This document shows, in pieces, positions 34,294 to 48,400 of a stretch of 64,000 nt of DNA. Position 1 is the stretch's first letter; each line of letters begins with the position of its first letter. The notes beneath the pieces were generated by a model. The model did not search any database and was not told the DNA's origin. It saw only the letters and a list, made by a program, of their open reading frames with translations. The stretch comes from Tubiluchus corallicola (lineage: Eukaryota > Animalia > Priapulida), in the NCBI GenBank assembly GCA_030141605.1, contig JAQGDQ010000410.1, forward strand, positions 142,965 through 206,964. The letters are read 5' to 3'. The position numbers were made by a program, and so were the translations under genes.

Positions 34294-37200
34294 CTAAGAA
34301 TTTAATACTGTATTCTTTTGTCCTGGTGGTTCTTTTTCCAGCGATAACTTATAATTTTCTTGCTCATCCTTATAAGGTGCTCGGAGAAGATAGCTTCGTA
34401 TAACAGAACAAGTCCTGAAGTCGTACTGAGCTGCTGAAATTTGGAACCGCTGCAGCTGCTGAACAACAGTTCTATATGACTGGCTAGATGTGAACCTAGG
34501 AGCACTTCCACCACGTCCTAGTGTTGACAGTGACTGATCATTGTTCTGACAGCGACTGATCATTGACGGCTGTTCAGTTAAAAAACTACACCGACTGTAC
34601 TTCAAACCCGCACCTCCAAACGGAGCAAATGCTGAGATGGATCGACTGTGTTCATCACACTGACCATCTTCTTGATTGAGACAGGTATCAGTGGGACTGA
34701 ACTCTGATGTAGTCGCTAATTGGAGTGAATTATATGTATCTTCGATCTTTCTTAGCTCTGTTTTCTCCGAAACATTTTTGTCAGCCGAGCTCTTGCTGTT
34801 GTCGCCATCAGCATTTAACTCCCGTGCGTTTTCTTCTGCCACAACCATTTGGCCGCTTGTATCACCAGCACCAAATATTTCTTCGCCTGAATTTGCTTCC
34901 TTCTGCACAGGTTCCACGCTCATATTATCTCCCGCCACATGCATTTGCGCAGTATGAGATTGAAAATAGGAAATGATACTTCCCATAAAGGTTAGTCCTT
35001 TAGGTTTTACGATGCTGCCAATGAATGTGCGTCGTCTGGGTCTTGCATTTTGATAGAAGCTATTCTCAGTTTCTTGCATGTCTTGTTGCACAGCAGCCAT
35101 TACATTTTCAACCTCCCTTAGTGAAGCCGTCATGGACACAGTGGCTACATCATCAGCGAATCGTCCTATCGCAGGGGACAAGTTCAGCAGAGCTAGATGG
35201 CATTCCATACAATAAGCTTCAGTCAAGCTCTGCAGCAGATAGCCCAGAAATGGCAAACACGGCGGATTTTCTACGGCTTCCTTCAGTTCAACTCCGTATT
35301 TGGTTAGTCCATTGCTAGTCATAAGTTCAGAAAGATTGCAAAACACTCTGCAATTTGTTTTAATAAAGAATTAATAAAGATCACTGAGAATTTCGTACAA
35401 AATGACATAAATTTTTAACCAATTTGCTCTTCTGTTAAAAATTACATACAGACATCCCTTTACTTATTAAGTGAGATAATACCTTTTTTTATAAAGTTCA
35501 TGTATTATTCAGGATCTAACCAGTTTACACGATGCTAGCTGATGCACAATTTAACCGGGGAAATGGCAAAAATATCATTTCTTAGAAGCTTCTTAAGAAA
35601 ACTTTTTCTTAAATCAAAACACTACAGAAATTAGTTTGGAACCCAGTGATAAGACGTTTAATCTGTTAAACCTTTTGAACTTTTACTATGAAACACGAGA
35701 AATTGTATTATGTAAAACTGTATCAACAAACGACATCAACGTAAATGTGGTATATTGCACGAACCTGTATCTAGATTGGTGAAATCTACGAACTTTTGAC
35801 CAAGTAACACCCAACCTCATGACCGGATAAGCTCTGATTCCTATTAGAATTGAGCACATAGAGTGGTAGTTTTGAAGCTCATAGCATCGTTCAGCAATCT
35901 GTAAAAATTAAATCAAACGCAGCTAAGGGACAAGATTGGAACACTTTGTAAGTATAGCTGAAATAATAACAAATTTCATTAGAACTTTGTGACTTGTTAA
36001 ATGCTATTCGAAACGTACTGAGTATGTGAAAAAAATTCGATTACTCTGCTATCAGAATCTGAATGAAATAGCAGCAAAAGATGAACAAAAAAGGCAAAAC
36101 AAAAGAACAAACAAAATAAACGAAGAATAGAGGAAGGAATACGGGAAAATCGCACTAATAAACGAAAGAATAGAATAAGTAAATCAGCCTGTCTGCCAGT
36201 CCGCCCATCTCTTTACCCATAAAACCGTAAGTCGTAATTCCATATGAATGTAAGCCATTTATTATCATTGTAATATAGTATAAAGGAAAATTACAAGCAC
36301 AATTATGTTTGCAGATTTTTTAATATATGAGTTTAGTAGAAAAACTATGAATTTAATAGAAAATTTAGTAAACAAATTTAGTAAGCATATGACAATTATA
36401 CACATAAATTAATACATGTATGTAATGCATACATAAAGCAATAAACACAATTCAATGGCATGCAGAATTTAGTTAGTGAACAAGATAACTGCGTTACTCA
36501 GCGGCTTATAATTAATGCAGTCTTCTATTTAAGACAGGAGGACTACAATGAGCAATGCGTTGAATCTTACCTCGTCGACCAAGCAAGTCCTTTATAAGTC
36601 TAACTTAACGCCTTAGACCTAAGGGCACTCGAAGTATGTCAACGTGATACCCTGGTCAATTTACAGATAGTTGCGTTGTATAGGCTAAAGCCATATGTAA
36701 GATGACCTAGACTAAATACTGCCAAAGTGAATGACTATTTATTTACACTCACCGAAATGTAGCGAGATATAATCCTTGCTCGTTTCATGTCCGAGTCACT
36801 TTGTACTATTTCTGTGGTCACGAGGTGCGAAATCCGTTTGAAAAATTCCAATGTAGCGCTCAAATTAGGAATAAAAACTGCCTGCATGTGAAAATAGGCT
36901 ACATAAGTATGTATTTGGTTTAATTGTTAACAATGTGGATTTTTTACGTTTTTTAAAATTTTTATTAACTTAGTTTCAAACCTGAAGTTTGCACTGTTCG
37001 CCGCTTTATTTTTTCTAGGTAATTTATTTTCCCTCCATGTCCAAATGAGTTATGGTAGCTGTGTTTTCTATCAGCATAAGTTTGACTGCAATTTTGGACG
37101 TTGTCATTTAGTGTGAAAATATCAGTCTGACACCTTTCAGGCAATGATTTACGTAAATTAAAGTCACTGCTACTTTGAATCCCATTGGACTTAACATTTG

Positions 37201-38948
37201 TAGAATAAAACCTTCAAATTCACAGAATATGCATCAGGAAAGGAAATTAAAAATCCTGACTATACATTCAGTTCAAAATCGTGAGATATAAAACTGAAGA
37301 ATACGAAGCGCTTCCCATAAGAACTTGTTGTTATTCTTGCAAAGCTAAATCCAAAATTGAATGGAATAAACTTAAAGCTGAAAGCATTATCTTTGACATT
37401 GTTTGTCCATACATATTTAAGATAGATATTCTGAAGGCAGAGAACGACGATTTTTTGGCAATAGTTTTCATCCTACTATATTCCCTATAATTTCATTATA
37501 TTTCTTGAAGACTTCTAATATGATGTTACTTACCCGATTTGATAACAACCATTTTGGTCCATCAAATTCAGATGCTTGTATCTGAGTGAACAATTGTTTG
37601 TCAATTAGCGTAAGCTCATGCGCAATCTTATCTACGTCAGCGTCCATTATACATTTCATAATTCCACATGTTCCCCAATGATTTTCCTTGGCAAGCACCA
37701 AGGTTTGATTCGATGCTTTGGTTCCTCTTCTTAATCGGTAGGAACATTTATTGAACTTGGAAGCAAACTGGTGAAAAAATTTCTCTATGTCCTCTTCTAG
37801 ATCCTCTCCTTTTTCAACTGCGCTGCTAATTGAACGTTGAAGCTCTGCTCCGACAGATTGTGGTAGTCTCGGAAAACTTAGGCAGGAGCAGACAGCAGAA
37901 GGATGCTCCCTGTTAGTCGTGTAGCCAACTGAATCGTTCACAATAGCAGTTTCTTTGTGGCATTCTTTTTCCAAAGTGTTCTGCTGCATTTCAATTAAAT
38001 GTGGACTATCACGCGTCGAACTTCCAACCGTCTCAACAGCAATACTTTCCCCTAAACTACTGTCCGAAGTGATGTGTGTAGCATGAGTACCGTACTTGAT
38101 ATCCATCAACTGCTTATTCACTAACTTGGAAAATCTTTCTTCTTTTGGCGTGCTATCCACTTGGTTTCTGTTGCGAATTTCACATTTGTTCTTTGATGAT
38201 CTTTTTCTATTTGCTGACGCGCTGAGCATCCATGATAGTTTTGATGCACTTGCCTGTGCTGATCTTCTACCAGACCTTAATCTTATTCTGTGCTGTTGTT
38301 TTTTTGCTGAAAAACAAAAACTAACTATTACAGCCTAGCATACACGGAAAGTAAAAACACAAAAAATGAAAATAAATTTATTTCAACTTGTTTTCCACTT
38401 GTCTGGCTTTTTTGTCGACTAAACGCATATAGGAAATTCTGACTGCTCACGTAATTCGTGTTTTCCACCCCTTCCTGTTTATATGTGCGTTAGGCTTTAT
38501 TTGAAGGTTGAAAACTGTGTTGCTGTTTAGCAATTTGGTCACTTATCATTTTTATGACAGGGAAGGAGTTCTATGCTGCAATCATGATGAGCATTTAGTT
38601 TAAGGGACTATAATATTATTTCATTGGGTAATAGGCACCTACCTTTCCTACCCGCAGGGGAACTTGAAATAACAGCTTCAGGGTGTCGGTACGTTTTAAA
38701 AGCAGCGTCAATATCACTGTCATCATCATCTGTTGAAGGTATTTTCAAAACTCGAGTTTTCTCACTTTGTTCAATCGCAGTGTTCAGTCGCTTAACAAGC
38801 GAGTACCCTCTGAAATGTTAATCGTGTTGATAATATTGCACAGTTGCGTACATTAATTTTTAAGCAGCAAATTTAATTTTTCCTTGCTGATTTTGCAGGT
38901 TTAGTTTGATTTGATGCGCGTTACACACATTTAACACACACACACACA

Positions 38949-39007
<59 letters not shown>

Positions 39008-40769
39008 TTTTGTCAAAATATCAATCGACTATTACTCCTGTAATAATATCATTACATCTCACCAATTATAATTTTTAAGTGCGTTCAGAAATCGCGATCA
39101 ATGGTAATAGACGTATGTAAAATACGTTTCTGGGTAACAAATGATCTGACAAAATTTTTATTGAAGATCTGTACGACGTGAAATTTGTGCAGCAAAACAC
39201 AAGCAAGAAACAGCGTTGAAATGATTAATAAGCGATACAAACAGTTCTAGCACGTAAGGGCAACCAGTGAGAAATGGAGTTGAATAGTCTTATCTATATC
39301 ATCGACGGTCCTGGGTAATATCAATTCTTGTTAATTTCGGCTGATGAGTACTTTGCACTCATTTGCGTGAATCATATAATATAACTGGATGGTGCTTTAG
39401 ATTATTACTTATATTGTACATTTTCTTGTTAACTTTATTTTTTCAAAAAAGTAAGTACGCTTATAATAAAATAAAAAATAGCCAATGGCGGCACAAATGC
39501 ATACCTTATTTTTTTCTGTTCTTTTGTTGCTTTTTTAACCGTATTTGTCGTGCGTTCCTTTGCAAATCTCTTGAGTGTGCTAAAATCCAAGTCTGATTTG
39601 ACATTAGCGTGCTTTTTTATGTTAAAATTCGGCTTAAACTTCGCTTCGGTTGAAAGAAGATCAGGTAAGGATTCGAACCGCGTCACCTCTTGCCGGTTAA
39701 AGGCGAACATATACATATTGGATTTGTTTACGTAGTAATGTTGATCATCTGCTACTGTTTCTAATGCCGTTTCACTGCAACAACGGCGTATCCAAATTTG
39801 GCCATGCTGACTATAGGTCAGATTCGTAAAAAGAAACGTTTCTGATGGACATAGAGCTACCGGAAACTCCGCCAAATTGATTTCTGTTTCCTCTTTATTG
39901 TTCGAAATCAAAGATTTGTCAAAAATGCATACAAAATCGTTATCTTTCCCTTGTCGGTATACCAAATCAGGACTTTCGGATAATTCGTCTGTTTCAGAAT
40001 CTTGACTGTCGCCATTATTGTCATCATCGTTACAGAATGTTTCTAAAGTTTGCAAAATTACAGCTTTTTTATCTTCTTTTGTCAATGGCGGATCAGCGAA
40101 AATAAATTTATCAATCACGTCTGCTAAGTTCTCCAACAGCTTAGTATTTTGCTTTCTTCTCCGCTGCACCCGTTTTTGATACGAATCCAGTTTGCTTTTA
40201 CAAGAAGACCTTTTCTTTTTATGCTTTTTCCTTCGCTCCTGTGTATTCTTGATATTGGTCATGGACCGACTGAGCCTCTCAAAGCTTTTCTCAAATTTAG
40301 TAGACTTATTTTCCACTTCAAAATCGCTCTCACAAAATGTAGAAGAACTGTGGCCATCAATTCCGTTCATAGTCTCTAATCTCCAGATCCATTCCTTCCA
40401 AGTAGCCCAAGGGTTCTCCATTGTATCTAGTTTGTAAAACCTCACACTTCCATTTGCTAGTCGGACTCGCATAGTCATGTTTTGTTCATCTTTCACCGAA
40501 AACCTTGCAGTACAAATGGGTGTTGTCTGGTACACGTGTTCAAGTTCTACGTCCCGGTAGTTAAATTCTGTCAGGGGGTTGTTCCTTTCAACTTTCGCAA
40601 AACTTGCCACAATAAACTTGTCTGGGCACAGACCTAAATAAACGTTTCTTTTGGGCCGGCCGTTTTTCTTCACTTCTACAAACGGTGCTTCGACCAGCAC
40701 GATGTCCATGAATTCGTTGTAATCGCTGGACCAGAGCAGCTTTTGCAGCGGTTTTGCACTGGACATCAT
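34294..40769 (-). CDS. RasGEF (CDC25)-domain protein, paralog A, about 1173 aa; join(complement 39505-40769, 38643-38809, 37534-38306, 36753-36881, 35765-35898, 34294-35347)
   Basis: All introns are GT-AG with consistent phases (total 3522 nt). CDC25 motifs: IAHELTLIDKQLFTQIQASEF; PNLSATLEFFKRISHLVTTEIV...RARIISRYI; IAERCYELQNYHSMCSILIGI...PVMRLGVTW; PPCLPFLG; terminal YKLSLEKEP. The N-terminal region looks PH-like and is shared with paralog B. Confidence 0.85.
38933..39005. repeat. (CA)n microsatellite
   Basis: About 36 CA units in intron 1 of RasGEF-like paralog A. Confidence 0.95.
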
Positions 40770-42420
40770 TGCCCGTAAAACGAGCTTCCGCAGATTTACC
40801 AGTTAATTGTGGTTCAAAAAGTGTTTATATTTTGTTTTTCACAGCGAGGATCAGTACACACAAGGATTTTGGGAAAGCAACTGATAAATTTTCTAGCTTC
40901 GTAACAAATGTGAAGGAAATCAAGCAAAATTTCAAGGAAAATTTCTTCAAAGAGTTTGTTACCGTAACAGCAACAGACTTTCTCTCACAGTCGTTTAGCA
41001 ACAACAAGAAAAGCGTAACATCTTTTAGAACGGTTGCTCCGCGCTTATTATTAAGCCTAGGTTACTTTGCAATAATTAGTGACGCGACAAAATACGTAAA
41101 CTATCTAAAGCAGACTGGAAGTTTTGTTTAATGTATACTGGTTAATCAGTTATGCCCATATATATTCGTGATCACAAACAGGTCAAATTAGAAAGTGCAA
41201 TACTGTTGTAACTATAGTCTCTGACTTAAAGTAATTATAGCAAAAAATTAATTGGTTGTGAATTACGTAGTTTATCTGTCAGAATGAGCCAACTATCTAT
41301 GTATTTGTGAGTACAGAGTATCAGACTGGGAGACTAATATTTGGAGTCTTGAACACCCTTCTAGTAGAATCCATGAATGCTTGTGAAATGTATTGCCTCA
41401 TTTGCTTGTACTCACGTAAATACAACCAATACTTGCAATGGTGAAAAGTATTGTAATCGTTGGCATGCAGCTGAAGTATGCAAAAGCCACGTCACACATA
41501 ACATAAGACAACTTTAAACAACTTATATTTTTAAATTCAATAAGCGAATAATAATATTTTATAATATACATGTATCATACAATATTAAACAAATACTACA
41601 AGCAAAACTAATCACACTCGAGACGATTATTATTTACTAATTTAACACCTTAAACAGATTAGATTGTTACGAAATGTATCCAGTTTACTACAAATTACTC
41701 TAAGAACCACCATAATGTTCGAGGCGTATCTTTCACAAGACAGCCCGGTTATAGGTTTTGGGCATGCAGTCCCGGCTTACATCAAGTTTATCGTATATCA
41801 CACATAGCTTCTGTCTATTAATAATTATTCCACAGCTAAACATTACAGCACAGAAATCATTTAGTTTCCGGTTACTCTAGCTAACACCCACTTTACAGTA
41901 GGTTTAATTATTAGTTTACTTTATCACGTGGTGACCTAGGAGTTTTGGTCCTTTGGGCGAGTAAGAAATGTGTATGGGGCTCCGTCTTTTCGGACAGTGT
42001 CTCTTTCAGCACTATACTAGTCATCCTAGGTCCTTCTTGTTGGCTGAACTTTAGTTAGTTACAATACTAAACTCAAAGAACTTTTTATTCTGTCTTTTAT
42101 CGACATACGAGTAGCAACTTCGCACTTGACGTATTTCTCCTAGAACGTAACCATTTTTATTTTACAAATTGTATTCACCTGACTTTGGCCAGACTGAGAT
42201 TTGGAACCTTTTTTGTATAACTACTCATTTCTGCTTTACATTGCTTCATTTGACGCAAAAGACGTCCTAAAACGTGTAACCCACTGTGCAGGATATTAGG
42301 ATGGTTCTTTCGTCTGAACGGCTAATCCATCATTTGTTTCATTGTTAATTTTCAAATTACTCCACAATCACCGCTTTTCTTCTTTTACTCCGAATGTGAG
42401 TTTTCACCGTAGCTTCTAAG

Positions 42421-45400
42421 TTATAATTTCTTCTTGTTCATACTTGGCGGCGGTTCTTTCATTAAAGAAAGTCCATAATTTTCACGTTCTTCTAAGTAAG
42501 GAGCGCGAAGTAAAAAGCTCCTGATGTTCGAAGAACTTCTGAATTTATAACCTTCAGAGGCTCGTTGATATAATTCTAGCTGTTCAGCGATTTGTTTATA
42601 GACATCAGAGGATGGAAAGTCTGCAATATTTCCTACTTGCCCAAGTAATGGCAGTCTTGACGAAAGGCTCTCAATGTCTAAGTTAACATCACCAGTTTCT
42701 CTAATAACTGAACTAGAAGCCATATGTCTTCTGCCCATTTTGTTATTGTTAAACGTGGTATTGATTTCAGGCTTTACCTTGTTTGATCCGCTCATGATAA
42801 ATCTTTCGTTAGCTTCAGCTCTCTTTCCAGTCTTACGGTCCCTTTCAGTTTTTTTTATATTTTTGTGCCCACCAGCAGTATTAGGTTCCTTCTGCAACAC
42901 TGTACGTAAACTACTACTCATACTTGCTTGATTGCCACGAAGATTGTTTGTAGGTGGATGGTAGCTCACAGAAGGCAAAACAGCTGAAAATTTCTGACCG
43001 ACCACAATGTCACTGCTTTTCGTTCTATCACTTAGGCAATGAAAACAAGCTTTAAAGCACTCGCGTTTACCGCCATTCTCTACCTCAGGATCGTTTTGTC
43101 CCAGGTTGTGAATGGAGGTAATATTTGCTCGAGATCTTATAACGCTACTCCTCGTGCGATGCAAAGATCGAAGATTTGTCATCACATTGGAAAATCTCAA
43201 TTTTTCGAAACTGTCAACAAAATGCGGCTCCACTGACGTCAGATGTATTGCTTGTCTCATTGGATGCCATGGATGGTGATTTAATTCCATTTCTTTTAAA
43301 CAACTATTAATGGAGGAGCGAGATTTACCGTCAGCGAAATGTCTTACTGAATCAAGCATACTATATTTGTACAACCTGACACAGGACTGCAAGAACCGTC
43401 CCAAAAATGGCAAACATGGTGGATGACTTAGCGCCGCTCTTAATTCGTTATCATAATTTGAATCAGTGACATCTGCCATCATGTCCGAAAGCTCGCAAAA
43501 ACATCTACAGATAAAGAATTTGGTATTAGTTAATTATGTATTTAGTTAAATATAATATTTAATTTAGCTAATTAAAGTTAGCTAAAGCATTAAAAGCTCT
43601 TAATGACTCAGTGACTTTTTGATAGCGAATTGTGCACAGCCTGTAAGAGGAAAACCGGACGATTGTGCAGACATTAGTCAAAATAAAGTAATATAAAGCC
43701 TTATATATTAAAAACTACAACAGCTTTTTAAATCAAACCTTAAATAATAATTACTTCGGATAGTTAAATTTGTTAAACTTTCAAATGTACGCGCAGCTCA
43801 ACAAATCCACTAAGACTGGCAATGGCGCCTTTTTGTCGCATTCGCATGGCCGGCAAATAGGCTAGGGTACCACGATAAGCATGATCATGAACTGCAGTGT
43901 TCATCTGTGACGTCGGTGTGACATACAGATCATCTTCGTGACATCACATCAGCGTCTTATATATATATATATATATATATATAATATCTTTATTTGCCAT
44001 TAAAAACAATGATGACAAACATTATACAATGCATTAAAATCATCGGGTGTACTTAACTAAAGATTTAATCACAGCACCCGATAAAATGCACAAGCACAAG
44101 CACACTAATTACCAATACGATGAGACAATGACAATAGGACGCACACAAGCATACACGATTATCAAGTACGCGTTAAAATTACATACATTAAATACTCTAA
44201 GAAGAACATTAAAATGCACTTAAAAAATTATTTGTACATATACATAATACACGTGTCGTCAAAAGCACGAAGAATCACGTACATTAAAGCAAATTTTAAT
44301 TAAAAGCAAACACTAAAAATGCACTGAAGAACATGATTATTGATGCACATCACATATACATATCCTCAAGTGGGCACAAAATTACATTGATTCTAAGATC
44401 TTAAGAAACAGCATTATATAAAGCATAATTATATTATTAATTATTCATGATGGCCGCGGGAAAACAAAATTGTTGTTTCGGTGTACATTATCATTGTTGT
44501 AGCTCGGTTGGTCATACCGGTTCATATAAAGAGCTTTTAATCTAGTTTTAAATTTTGGAAACGTGTCTTGTTTCTTTATGTTACTTGGGAGTGAGTTCCA
44601 TAGGTAAATTGCCCATTTAGCTATGGAATTGTTACCATATTTGTTGTTAGTCGTGATTTGTGCAATGTTGGATGTGCGGCTGTTTAGTGCAGGATTTTGA
44701 AGAAGAGGCAGTTCATTATTAGTAAATGGTACGCTAATCTGTTTTATGTATTTGTAGAGGAAAATTAATGTGTGGTAATCCCTATGTGCTTCCAGGATTG
44801 GTATTTTCAGCGAGGATCTTGTTTGCGTAGCAGAGAAATATTTGGTTTTATTAGCAGCCTTGTGTGATTGTCCAGAAATCAGTCTGAGGCCATAATTTTT
44901 AAGAGTGCTTAATTTATTGAAGTTTTCTCTTGAAAAGTTCTGACATAAACTACAGCCATAGATATAGTGAGGCATTGCAATGTTTTATACATCTGGAATT
45001 TAGTTTGCCAATTTAGTTGCCCCCTTACTTGTCGTAGGAAAGATTCACTGGATGACATTTTTCATAAATTTCATTAAATTGTTGGTCCCATGATAATTGT
45101 TCGTCAATGTTGATACCTAAGAATTTGATTGTATTTGAGCTTTTAATTGCAAATTCTCCGACCATTAGTGGTATTGTTGGCGTTAAATTGTCATTGATTG
45201 GTTAGAGTTGCATGTATATTTTTCATTGTTCATTTTCAACTGAAGTCAAGTGCTGCTTTAATATATACTATATACTAAATCAATGTCTTCATTGGACGTG
45301 TCGTCAGCGAACTGTACTATGTTTGCAAATTGCAATATTTTGTTTATTTTATTTGTGTACAAACAGAATAATGGGGGGGTCCTAACAGGGTCCCTTGGGC

Positions 45401-48400
45401 AATGCCTTTTGAGGCAATTTGCCAGTCCGAAAAAGTTTTGTTGCCTAGTTTAACTCTTTGCTGTCTATCTTGTAAATAGTTTCGTATAAGTTCAGCTGAT
45501 GTTTTATCAAATCCAGCTAGTTTCAAATTTTCAAGTAATAAAGTGTGGTTCAGGCTGTCGAAGGCTTTGCTTAGATCTAAAAAGGCAGCTGAGTCAATAG
45601 TTGAGTATTTTTTTCTAAACACGAGTTGATGTTTAGATAGCAAATTGTTTGTTTCTTGATCATAAATGACTTTTTCAAAGATTCTCGCTGGTCCATGTAT
45701 AATAGAAACTTGCCTGTAATTTAAAGGGTCTGCACAAACTGTCTTTTTGTGGGTGGGAGCTACATTTGCTGTTTTACGTATTTGTGGAAATTCTGACAGT
45801 AATGATGTAATGACAGTTGTACTGTTTTTAAGAATTTTCAGGGGCATATCAGATGGGCCACTTCCTTTATTGGTATTCACATTATTTAGAATTTTGAAAA
45901 TGGTTTCATTTGTTACATTTGTAAATGAAAATTCTGCTTTGTGGTTGATTTTGGCAGGTTAGTACGTCCGATATTTTTTTGTATGATTTACACCTGTGTT
46001 AGGGTATTCGCCTAGTTTAATGAAAGTTTTATTAAGATGATTAGCTATATCATTAGATTCTGTCATTATTGTGCCATTGATTTCTAATTTATCAATTACT
46101 GAAGTAGTGTGTTTATATCTGTTTAGTACCTCACACATTATTTTATATTTTTCCTTGGCAGTAGTTGCATTGTTGCAGGTATCGGTGTAATAATCACTTT
46201 AACGATTTATTGCGGTTATTAAATTTGTTACGGACTTCTGTATACTTCAGATAATTATTTTTGCTTTTGTTGTTTAGCCATGAGTTACTTTTTGCTCTTC
46301 TGAGTGCATCGGGTTCTAGGTTTGACCACGGTGCTCTTCTGATTATTCTTATAGCAATCTTCGCTTACGCAAACGTGCTTGCAGGGAAGATACCTACCAT
46401 TGCACAAACTGCGGTTAGTTTGTGACATATGCAATAGTTGTATTTGGTTGCCAGTAATTAACTTTCCGGTGTAATTATTCAAATATTAGAAACAACCGCT
46501 AACTTTTATAGGCAAGGAAATATATTTTGGACTGTAAATTAAAATGAGACTGAGTCTAATCAAACGTCCGGTTTTCCATTAAGAATTACAGCAAACTGCG
46601 TTTTTTTAAATAACAATGGAATAAACAAAATTGGTTTAAATTTTATTTAATTTGGTGATTTATCAGAAGACAAGTTCACAATTCTACTGGCGCCTACTAA
46701 TGTCTTTACGGATAACAGTCAAGAAGCTTGTTAAGCAGAAACTGATCGTAAGCTATAGAAGAAATCATGAGGCAATAATATATTTCTTGGCATTGTGAGA
46801 GTTCCGACTCATTTGCAAAGTGATAATAAGTTCATTTCCGTAGTTTGGTATTTATTTCAACAAAAAAATAGCTGCTTACAGCGGATTTAGTGCGCAAAAT
46901 AAAGCAAGAAAACCGTTGTTTACTTGTATTTTGAGAAAAAGTGTCGACGTACTGCTGACCACGTGGAGGATAGCCTCAATACTGGTAAAGATCGAATGCC
47001 AGTAAGTATCGCCCACAGAGAGTGGAAATTCTGTAAGCAGTAGCAGTGATCTGCAACCTAAGCAAGAAATAGTTAGTTAAAGAAAAGAGATTCACCGTGG
47101 TGCCTCGATCTTAATTTGTTTAAAGACTGACATGCAAAACTGAAGTGATGATTTAACATAAATGTGGCACTTTGTACTAATTCAAGTGAAATTCCAAAAT
47201 TTTATGCTTCGGCTTACTGAAATGCACTTGGCGATCAATCTCGCTCGTTCCATGTCAGTAGAACCTCGAAGGACCTCGGTTGTGACCAAATTAGCAATGC
47301 GCTCAAAGAATTCCATGGCCGCTCCCAAGTGTGGAGTGAAAAACATCTGAAGTAATAAGCCTCTGGTTAAATATCGTTACCAAAACGATTGTTGTTAAAC
47401 AAAGAACTTCCTCCCACATGTCCAAGATGCACTTGACAGCCATAAAATTCAAGCGTTGTGATGACACTACTGTTTGTCTATTGGACACTGTTAATAATCC
47501 GTCCTAATAAAATCGTGTCTACTTTAAATTTGCCTCGTAAAATCCCTCCCTGGGTAATGAAGACTTTGTTTTTAAAGTAAATTTAATTAATTTTACAGTT
47601 TTATGTAATCTAAATTTGAAAACATATAGCTGATAATAAATGATATCACTTTTAGAGTCCACAAAAAAAATCAAACCGAGGCTGAGACACGTGTCATTTT
47701 GATTAACTACTAGCAGTAAAATTTGGAGCAAGACTCGTATCGATAACACACAATACACAATTATACTTTACAGAATTTCACGCATACTTATATACACTAA
47801 GTTCTAAATGTAAATAAATTTGGTCACACATGTAAAAATTATGAGAGAACTAAAAAGGAAGCTTCAAAGTTATACGTCGACACCAGGTGAAATGCTATTT
47901 TTATGTACGAATGCCTCTGCTGTTGATATTTTGCGATACCCAAGCGAATTTGTATAAAGTTATAAACATTCACGCTCAGAATCAGCATGACAACTCACTG
48001 TATGAGTGCACTGCTGGCAGATTTCGGTTTGAGGTGTTCCTGAAGTCATAATGTGATTTGGCGTGATGTTCTACAAAAACTGCATTTTGTAGTTTTGTGG
48101 ATATAATTTTTGGTGAAGCACAAATATGACACATTTGTGACAAAAACGAAAATGAATTTGCAAAACTGTTTTCTTTGGAAGATGAAAGATGACCTGTTTC
48201 AGAGTTTACCTTTACGAAACCAAGATTTTACAGTGCCTTCAATGCCCAAATTACAAATGAGACAACGATTTCTTTTTGTCATAACTACCTGTCAACAAAA
48301 CTATATTGCACATGATCAGGATTCAGTTTATTCACCTTATTGCTGTCACAGGCGCAATATTACTGCCATTGTTGTTGTCGTTGTCATTGTCGCTGCTGTT

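Noticed and set aside
36571-36707. Exon-like segment with a strong donor (GAG|GTAAGA) in intron 4 of paralog A
   Set aside because: The upstream intron would be only about 45 nt and the segment has an in-frame stop; exons 4 and 5 join in phase without it.
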